Shown: positions 10,561 to 17,013 of the stretch, piece by piece
How the letters are laid out: every line of letters begins with the position of its first letter
How positions within the stretch are numbered: position 1 is the first letter of the stretch
Source: Octopus sinensis
Lineage: Eukaryota
Assembly (NCBI RefSeq): GCF_006345805.1
Contig: NW_021824966.1
Span: 1-17,013, forward strand
Length of the DNA stretch: 17,013 nucleotides
Direction of reading: 5' to 3'
Made by a program: the position numbers and the translations under genes
Notes under the pieces: model-generated
Seen by the model: only the letters and a program-made list of their open reading frames with translations
Told to the model about the DNA's origin: nothing
Databases searched by the model: none

Positions 10561-10684
10561 ATTTCGATTACTTCACTGCTATTTTATTTATCGATCTTGA
10601 ATGGATGAAAAACAAAGTTCACACCGGTGGAATCTGAACTCGATGCAAAGGACCGAAAGAGCTAATGATTCTGTTAGCTCACCA
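10561..10684 (-). mobile_element. Old degraded SINE family A fragment
   Basis: ttatcgatc..ggatgaaaaacaaag..ggaatctgaactc..ctaatgattctgttagctcacc matches the reverse complement of the family A head and core. Confidence 0.6.
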
Positions 10685-10800
10685 GTTATTATAACATATA
10701 ACTTTTATCATATTTCTTGGTGTTTATACAAAATAATAAAATAAAACTAATTTTCAAAAGGTAAGATATTTCTTAACTTAAAATTAAATTAAATATAAAA

Positions 10801-11017
10801 TTCTCATTGTATATTTTGCAATAAATATATATTGATATTATCAATTTAAAAAAAAAAAATCACAAAACGGAATTGCAAAACTTATCTCTACTAAATTTTA
10901 TTAAAAATTATGCATTTTTCTGAGTGTTATGAGAATCAAAAAGAGCGCTGGAGCACCAAACTTGAAAATGCATCTTCCTCTCTCGCCTTGTCTTTTATTT
11001 TCCCTCTCTCTTCCCCT
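10801..11017 (+). repeat. Direct repeat copy 1 (~220 bp)
   Basis: Aligns to 11575-11801 at high identity with a few indels. Confidence 0.92.
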
Positions 11018-11195
11018 AAAAGAGGAATATCGCTCGTGACCGGGTGACGCCGATTCGGACGGAGCCCGCCTTGATTTTAAAGCAAGCATGGTGAAGGTGG
11101 AGTACACGGGCACAAGCGATGATGAGATGGAAAATTGACTAGAGGTTGAAAAACCTCAGTGTTATAATGTGTAAGTGGCTCAGCGCCTCATTTGT

Positions 11196-11570
11196 AAATG
11201 GACAGTGGTTGGGGCAGCGGACTCGCGGTCATAGGATCGCGGTTTCGATTCCCAGACCGGGCGTTGTGAGTGTTTATTGAGCGAAAACACCTAAAGCTCC
11301 ACGAGGCTCCGGCAGGGGATGGTGGTGATCCCTGCTGTACTCTTTCACCACAACTTTCTCTCACTCTTTCTTCCTGTTTCTGTTGTACCTGTATTTGAAA
11401 GGGGCCAGCCCTGTCACACTCTGTGTCATGCGGAATCTCCCCAAGAACTACGATAAGGGTACACGTGTCTGTGGAGTGCTCAGCCACTTACACGTTAATT
11501 TCACGAGCAGGCTGTTCCGTTGATTCGGATCAACCGGAACCCTTGTCGTCGTAACCGACGGAGTGCTTCC
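11196..11570 (+). mobile_element. SINE family C (subtype 2)
   Basis: Head cagtggttggggcagcggactcgc..ggtttcgattccc, tail ending gtaaccgacggagtgc. Reverse complement of 9031-9425. Confidence 0.92.
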
Positions 11571-11574
11571 AGTG

Positions 11575-11801
11575 TTCTCATTGTATATTTTGCAATAAAT
11601 ACATATTAATATCAGTTTTTAATAATTTTATCAACAAAACGAAATTGACTCCATTGCAAAACTTATTTCTACAAAATTTTATTAAAAATTATGAATTTTT
11701 CTGAGTGTTATGAGAATCAAAATAAGCGCTGGAGCACCAAACTTGAAAATGCATCTTTCTCTCTCGCCTTGTCCTTTATTTTCTCTCTCTCTCTCTCCCC
11801 T
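11575..11801 (+). repeat. Direct repeat copy 2 (~225 bp)
   Basis: Aligns to 10801-11017 and begins 4 nt after the SINE 3' end. Confidence 0.92.
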
Positions 11802-11955
11802 CTCTCTTACCCTCTCACCCTCTTACCCTCTGTCTTTCTTTGTTCTTTTTTGTTTTTAGTTATTTAAATTCTTTCTCTGTAGAAGGAGCTGGTTTCTAAC
11901 AAAGATACAAATCACTATCGCTGGAATGTAAATGACGAAAACTGTCACATTTTAA

Positions 11956-12419
11956 CGCACATTTTAACGAATATGGCTAACCCTTATGGGTTAGCCATAT
12001 TCAAATGGCAAATATGCGTCACGATGTGTTACCGCTACTGTTTATAACTCGCTCTGAAATTTATCATTGTTTGATTTCACTTTTTCAATATCAGTGTCAA
12101 TTGACACTGGAAAAAGTATATGTATTTGTGAAGGGAGCTGACTTCTTGTCGACAACCATGATTGTCACACGCTGATGAAAGGTAAACACCTTGAAACTCG
12201 GGTACGCGTGTATCATGAGTTGAAGACGGGGAGGATGACTCCCCTTCACAAATACTGAGAGGACACAGATAGTGTGTCTATAGCCAGCTGGAGGAGATAT
12301 CTTCCTGGGGCTACAAACTACAGTAGCATCCACCCTTATGGGTTAGCCATATTCAAATGGCAAATATGCGTCACGATGTGTTACCGCTACTGTTTATAAC
12401 TCGCTCTGAGATTTATCAT
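11956..12419 (+). mobile_element. Retrozyme-like non-autonomous element (R-U-R, 352-nt period) flanked by 13-bp TSD-like repeats
   Basis: R copies at 11980-12070 and 12332-12422 (91 bp, one a/g mismatch at 12058/12410). tgtcacattttaa at 11943-11955 and 12420-12432. Hammerhead core inside U. Confidence 0.75.
12122..12255 (+). ncRNA. Type I hammerhead ribozyme with long extended helix I
   Basis: cacacg-CTGATGA(12172-12178)-aaggt/aaac/acctt-GAAA(12193-12196)-CTCGG-GTA(12202-12204)-cgcgtg. Predicted cleavage is after A12204. Helix I continues via catgat/atcatg, caac/gttg, gtc/gac and gtatttgtgaaggg/cccttcacaaatac. Confidence 0.88.
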
Positions 12420-12782
12420 TGTCACATTTTAAATTTGAGAAAAATCTTGAATATTTTTACTGTTCCAGATTCTATTTTTAATGTGTGTGTCAGTTGCCTG
12501 ATTTCTTTTTCCGAGTATCCTAGCACTCTCAGTTAGGCGTTTACTCACAAAGCCAAATGTAGCAATTATTATTGGTATAAATGTAAATTTATAACTTGGG
12601 TATACAAGCAGGAGGTTTCCAAGCAGTTGTCCATAGTTATCCTCTTTCTGTTTGATTTTCAGAGGTATTCACCTCAGCAGGAGAGCGGACTTCTATGACG
12701 GTACATAATTTTACTTGTCAGTCCCAAACAACAATATCCGTGTTATGCTTACACTTGATGGATGTTTTGATGTATGTAAGTA

Positions 12783-12830
12783 TTCCTTTATTTGTTTTAG
12801 TCATTTGACTGTGGCCATGCAGGAGCACCG
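12783..12830 (-). mobile_element. 3' tail fragment of SINE family B
   Basis: tttgttttagtcatttgactgtggccatgcaggagcaccg matches 6245-6284. Confidence 0.75.
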
Positions 12831-13281
12831 AAGCCATCTTTCCAACTGCTATCTTCACCAAGACCAGACCGCTTATCCTGTCTCTCTCATAAGCTATCTC
12901 CTCAAACGTTCAGAATAATTTTTCCATCGTCTTGGCTTAACAGCCCTCATCGATTGTTTTTACTGTGTTATTCTCAATAGGTGGTTCATCAACTTTTAGA
13001 GATTATATTATGTCAACTTTATTTATTTACTAAACTGACAATTACAAGAATATACATACATGTAAAACATATTATGCTTTACATATAAAATATATAAAGA
13101 TACCAGTAATTATTAAAATATAACATACGGGAATATAAATTGGAACAATAACTTACAGCTGTTTCAGCCAAGAGGCAAAAATACCTCATTCTACCTTTAT
13201 TCCTCTAGCAGACTGAAGTAATTAGTAGATGAAATTGAGGTACTGGGTGTTTCTCTAGGCTTTGACAGAGTACCTCAATTT

Positions 13282-13821
13282 GGTTTCTCGCTCAACTGCG
13301 CTCCACATATAAAATTGACGGCGGTTGCAGTCTGGGAAGTTAGGCGGCCATATTTTAGGAGTGATGTGGTCGTAAAAATTGTCTGACAGCCATGACTGGG
13401 TTCTCCTGCTTGTGTGGCATGGTGCAGAGTCCTGTTGCCAGACGTAAGGTCTTCCAGCAGTCTCCTTCTTGGCCAGGACAGCACTACCTCCTTCCAGGCA
13501 CTTGAAGTAAGTCTCCGGACTGAGTCTGAGGCTGCGGGGGAAGATGAATGAAGGCATAACGTCGCCATCACTAGTGATCAAGGCCAAACACCATGATGTT
13601 GACTGGATGTTTGTATTGGAGCTTCCGGCGCGAATGCCAAGCAGCACAGCATGTCGTTTCCAAAGTTTCTTACAGAGTGAATTGTGCTATGGTGCTGTTT
13701 TTCTTACAGACGATGCCCAACTGATCCTACTATACTGTGTAGTCCAGAAAATCAAAAATAAACAATGGGCATATGCGAAATTAAAAATATAAAATGGCGA
13801 CAATTTACCCATCGCTCCCTG
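13282..13821 (-). mobile_element. Internally deleted Tc1/mariner of DD37D (maT)-like type
   Basis: Terminus CAGGGAGCGATGGGTAAATTGTCGCC (from 13821), then N-terminal WKRHAV.GIRAGSSN joined directly to KHPVNIMVFG/ITSDGDVMP and GRPYVWQQDSAPCH..WPPNFPDCN. The 37-residue spacing places the third Asp at a now-mutated codon. No right TIR is seen. Confidence 0.85.
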
Positions 13822-13888
13822 TGTGTGTATGTGTGTGTGTGTATACGTATGTATATATACGTATGTATATATACGTACATTCATACAT
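13822..13888. repeat. TG/TATG microsatellite at the transposon end
   Basis: Visible. Confidence 0.9.
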
Positions 13889-13894
13889 CCAAAA

Positions 13895-14125
13895 TCAAAT
13901 CAAAGTTCCTTCCTTAGCCATAGGCTAATAAGCCCGGTTTCCCAGATATTCTGGTGTAATATATTCCCATCATCCCGCCCTGGATTGCTCATTTTTACCA
14001 GTTGAATAGACTGGAGCGATGCAAAATGAAGTGTTTTGCTCAAGGACACAACGCGTCACCCGATCGGAGAATCGAAACCACAATCTTATGACCATGAGTG
14101 CTGCACCTAAGCCACGTCCCTGCAC
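13895..14125 (-). mobile_element. SINE with family C-type head and a different tail (family D)
   Basis: Minus strand: ggacgtggcttagg..ggtttcgattctcc..gcgttgtgtccttgagcaaaacacttc..ctccagtctattcaactggtaaaaatgag matches 10080-10210, then diverges. Confidence 0.75.
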
Positions 14126-14132
14126 ATATAGA

Positions 14133-14152
14133 TATTTATGCACACGCACACG

Positions 14153-14190
<38 letters not shown>
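14133..14190. repeat. (CA)n microsatellite
   Basis: Visible. Confidence 0.95.
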
Positions 14191-14192
<2 letters not shown>

Positions 14193-14419
14193 TGCAAACA
14201 CAGTTTTGTAAATTCTGAAGAACAGTCATTCACTCAGATCTCTGGTCGCGAACCAGTGTGAAACATGCAGTGGCAAGGCTGGATCATTCGGTAACAGACG
14301 TAATCTTGGAAGAAAGGGGAGGGTCGCTCCTCGTTGTGGAGTGGCACATTATTCTGTCTCCTCTGAAAATATGAAAGAGGAGGTTGACCTCGGTCGGGGT
14401 TGGAATTTAGAACGCTGTG

Positions 14420-14523
14420 AGACGGAACGAATGCCGCAATGTACAGTAACTGATGCTCCAACGATTATTCTGGCTTCTATAGACAAATATCAGGCAATGC
14501 CTTTGTCTTGACAAACATATTGA
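14420..14523 (+). repeat. 104-bp direct repeat copy 1
   Basis: Ungapped match to 15413-15516 with 10 mismatches. Confidence 0.93.
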
Positions 14524-14739
14524 TTTCAAATTTTGGCACTAGTCTGGCGATTTCGGAGAAGGGGGTGACGTCGAGTATATGAACTCCGGTATTTAACTGG
14601 TACTTATCTTATCGACCCCGAGGGGATAAAAGGCAAATTCGACTTCGGCGGAATTTGAACTCAGAACGTTTAAGACGGACGATGTGCCGCTTAGCATTTT
14701 GCCCAGCGTGCTAACGATTCTGCCAGTTCCCCACCTTAC
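14517..14739 (-). mobile_element. SINE family A variant (alternative tail), tandem copy 1
   Basis: Same head and core as family A (ggaatttgaactcagaacg, tatcgacccc, ctggtacttat). Tail is gtgccaaaatttgaaatcaatat. Confidence 0.85.
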
Positions 14740-14948
14740 GCCGCCTTACGCGCTACTACTCGCTTGCGCCGCCTTGGCCACCTTACCACCTTACAAACCC
14801 CGCCTTACGCCGCCTTACACCGCCTTACACCGCCTTGCGCCGCCTTGCACCGCCTTGCGCCGCCTTGCGCCGCCTTGCGCCGCCTTACACCGCCTTACGC
14901 CGCCTTACGCCGCCTTACGCCGCTTTAGGCCGCCTTGCGCTGCCTTAC
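14731..14948. repeat. GC-rich 10-bp minisatellite (cgccttRcRc)n, ~20 units
   Basis: Visible array. The unit equals the reverse complement of the SINE A 5' terminus (aaggcgg). Confidence 0.93.
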
Positions 14949-14949
14949 T

Positions 14950-15180
14950 AATATTGATTTCAAATTTTGGCACAAGGCCAGCAATTTTGGGGGAGGAGGT
15001 TAAGTCAATTACATCGACCCCAGTGTTCAATAGGTACTTATTTTATTGACCCCGACTCGATGAAAAGCAAAGTCGATTTCAGCGGATTTTGTACTCAGAA
15101 CGTAAAGATGGACGATATGCAGCCAAGCATTTCGTTCGGTTTGCTAATGATTCTGCCAGATCGCCGCCATCCCCGCCTTA
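14950..15180 (-). mobile_element. SINE family A variant, tandem copy 2
   Basis: Colinear with copies 1 and 3. Confidence 0.85.
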
Positions 15181-15192
15181 AATATTTAAAAT

Positions 15193-15412
15193 ACTGGCTT
15201 CAAATTTTGGCACAAGGCTTGAAGTTCAGAAGTGGGGGTAAGTCAATTACATCGACTCTTGTGCTCATCTGGTACCCATTATTTTATCGACCCCGAAAGT
15301 ATCAAAGGCAAAGAAGTCCTCCACGGAATTCGAACTCAGAACGTAAGGACGGACGAAATGTAGGCAAGCATTTTGTCCAGCATGTTATCGATTTCTGTCA
15401 GCTTGCCGCCTT
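15193..15412 (-). mobile_element. SINE family A variant, tandem copy 3
   Basis: Colinear with copies 1 and 2. The head abuts direct repeat copy 2. Confidence 0.85.
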
Positions 15413-15516
15413 AGATGGAACGAACACCGCAATGTACAGTAACTGATGCTCCAACGATTATTCTAGTTTCTATAGACAAATATCAAGCAGCGCCTTTGTC
15501 TTAACAAATATATTGA
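15413..15516 (+). repeat. 104-bp direct repeat copy 2
   Basis: Matches 14420-14523. Confidence 0.93.
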
Positions 15517-16574
15517 CCGCAAAACGTGTACAGAGCATTTTATCACACGATTTTGCCAATTGGTTTTCTGTTTAAAATATCGGAGCCATTAATTAAAGTC
15601 ATCTTAATTCAATATTGTGGGAGGAAAGCAACGATTAATTTAATATATTGCAAATGTCTGAAATATATCTCAGATCTTGTATTGTTTGTTATTTTTATTT
15701 CTATAGACTTTCTAAGAACAAGTTGGGTAGGACGCGAATATCATTAAAAAAAAAAAAGGAACACCATGCTAAGTTTCTTGTAAGCTTCCAGTTATTTGCT
15801 TCGTTGTCTAACATTGGAAGCTCGAATCCGCCGGTATGGACTTCAATTTTCATCTATCTGGGAACGGCAAATTAGAATTAACAATCAAATACCAGGGTAG
15901 GCTGGTTCTATTCTATCTTCATCAGAGACAAAACATTACAACTAATGCAGTCCCAAGATTATGTGTGTGTGTACTTTATTTGTGAGTTAATATGCTTTCA
16001 TGTAGAGAGAAACCAAGCCTGCCATATGGGAACGTTGGTACTCGTTTCCATCTTGGATGATTAGGGTATATATATATATGTATCTACGTATAAACTGAAG
16101 TCAGAAGAGTTTTATAAGCTATCGGGGGAACGTGAAATAATTCCTCTTCGGAATAGTATAACTCGAAGGACACGCATAATGCTATATACAATGGCATGTA
16201 AATATTGGGCCGAGAAACCCCTTTTGGATAGAAAAAAATTCAAGGCTTTTTCTATAAAAAAAAATACAAACATCAAACAAAAACACAAAAGAAGCAAATT
16301 CACGTCCCCTGTAGGCATGACAGGCTTTCTACCATTGAATCAAAGCAATTCTTCGAATTCCTCTATCAATTTTATAAACTTTACTCTTGCTTATGAGAAT
16401 TCTATGACGCCAACAACATACAATGCTGTGTGTACTTCGAGATATACTATTCCAAAGAAGAATTATTTCACCTTGTCTCGATAGTTTATAAAATTCTTCT
16501 CAAGTCAACAACAAAGAATTCTCACCGGTAAAAATGAAGTTTCTAAAACTGATAACAAATACCTTCGTCAGATT

Positions 16575-16635
16575 GCTATGATCCAATGGTAGAACGCCTG
16601 TTATGTATATAAAAGATGTGGGTTCGAGTCGCCTT
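16575..16635 (+). other. Degenerate tRNA-like/Pol III promoter remnant
   Basis: A-box-like tgatccaatgg (16579-16589) and B-box ggttcgagtc (16621-16630) at tRNA-like spacing. No intact cloverleaf. Confidence 0.35.
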
Positions 16636-16927
16636 CGACTTCTTCTATGCAAAACGGGCTTTTCAACCCAACATTAACATGTTATCATTTATAGCCTTAT
16701 ACGTGTGCTTCGAGATGTACTATGTAAAAAAAGAAACAAAAAATGTACATATAGTTTTGCTGTGCAGAGTCGTACATAAGTTTATTATGTGAAAATGACA
16801 GTCTTCTCTGCATTTTGCCCCAGGTTGGACGGTTCACAGCTGATCAACTCAGTCTGGAGCGAAACGTCAAGTTTATGATTTAATAACACTAATAACACCC
16901 ATTCCTTCACATGTATGCATATAAATA

Positions 16928-16994
<67 letters not shown>
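16928..16994. repeat. (TATC)n microsatellite
   Basis: Visible tetranucleotide run. Confidence 0.97.
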
Positions 16995-17013
16995 ATAAAT
17001 ATATATATATAAC

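Noticed and set aside
13150-13215. Hammerhead on the minus strand around GAAACAGCTGTA
   Set aside because: The core reads CTGCTAGA rather than CTGANGA and helix I does not pair; at most a remnant.
14731-14948. CRISPR-like appearance of regular repeats
   Set aside because: Contiguous 10-bp units with no unique spacers, in a eukaryotic context.
14684-15049. 121-aa Pro/Ala/Arg/Leu-rich ORF
   Set aside because: It is the 10-bp minisatellite plus SINE sequence read through.
15845-15930. Hammerhead on the minus strand starting gtctCTGATGA
   Set aside because: No matching GAAA-helix III-NUH-agac partner downstream.
16179-16484. 101-aa ORF in unique sequence
   Set aside because: Low-complexity K/N/S-rich, no recognisable motif or splice context.

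Overview
AT-rich, microsatellite-laden eukaryotic non-coding DNA with no intact protein-coding gene that I can support. The SINE families and TA/CATA/CA microsatellites suggest an octopod cephalopod (inference). The window holds decayed transposons: two mariner fossils, an internally deleted DD37D/maT-like Tc1/mariner, a Penelope-like RT-thumb/GIY-YIG fossil missed by the ORF track, an RTE-like LINE 3' end, and about 14 tRNA-derived SINE copies or fragments. The standout is a young ~0.47-kb insertion (11956-12419) between 13-bp target-site-like duplications. It is organised R-U-R with 91-bp repeats (1 mismatch, period 352 nt) and its highly structured U segment contains a complete type I hammerhead ribozyme core. 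This looks like the genomic copy of a ~352-nt retrozyme-like circular RNA. Other oddities: a degenerate minimal hammerhead on the minus strand, 104-bp and ~220-bp direct repeats flanking SINE-containing inserts, a minisatellite grown from a SINE 5' end, a fold-back mariner pair and a ~100-nt near-perfect hairpin. All alignments and folds were done by eye.
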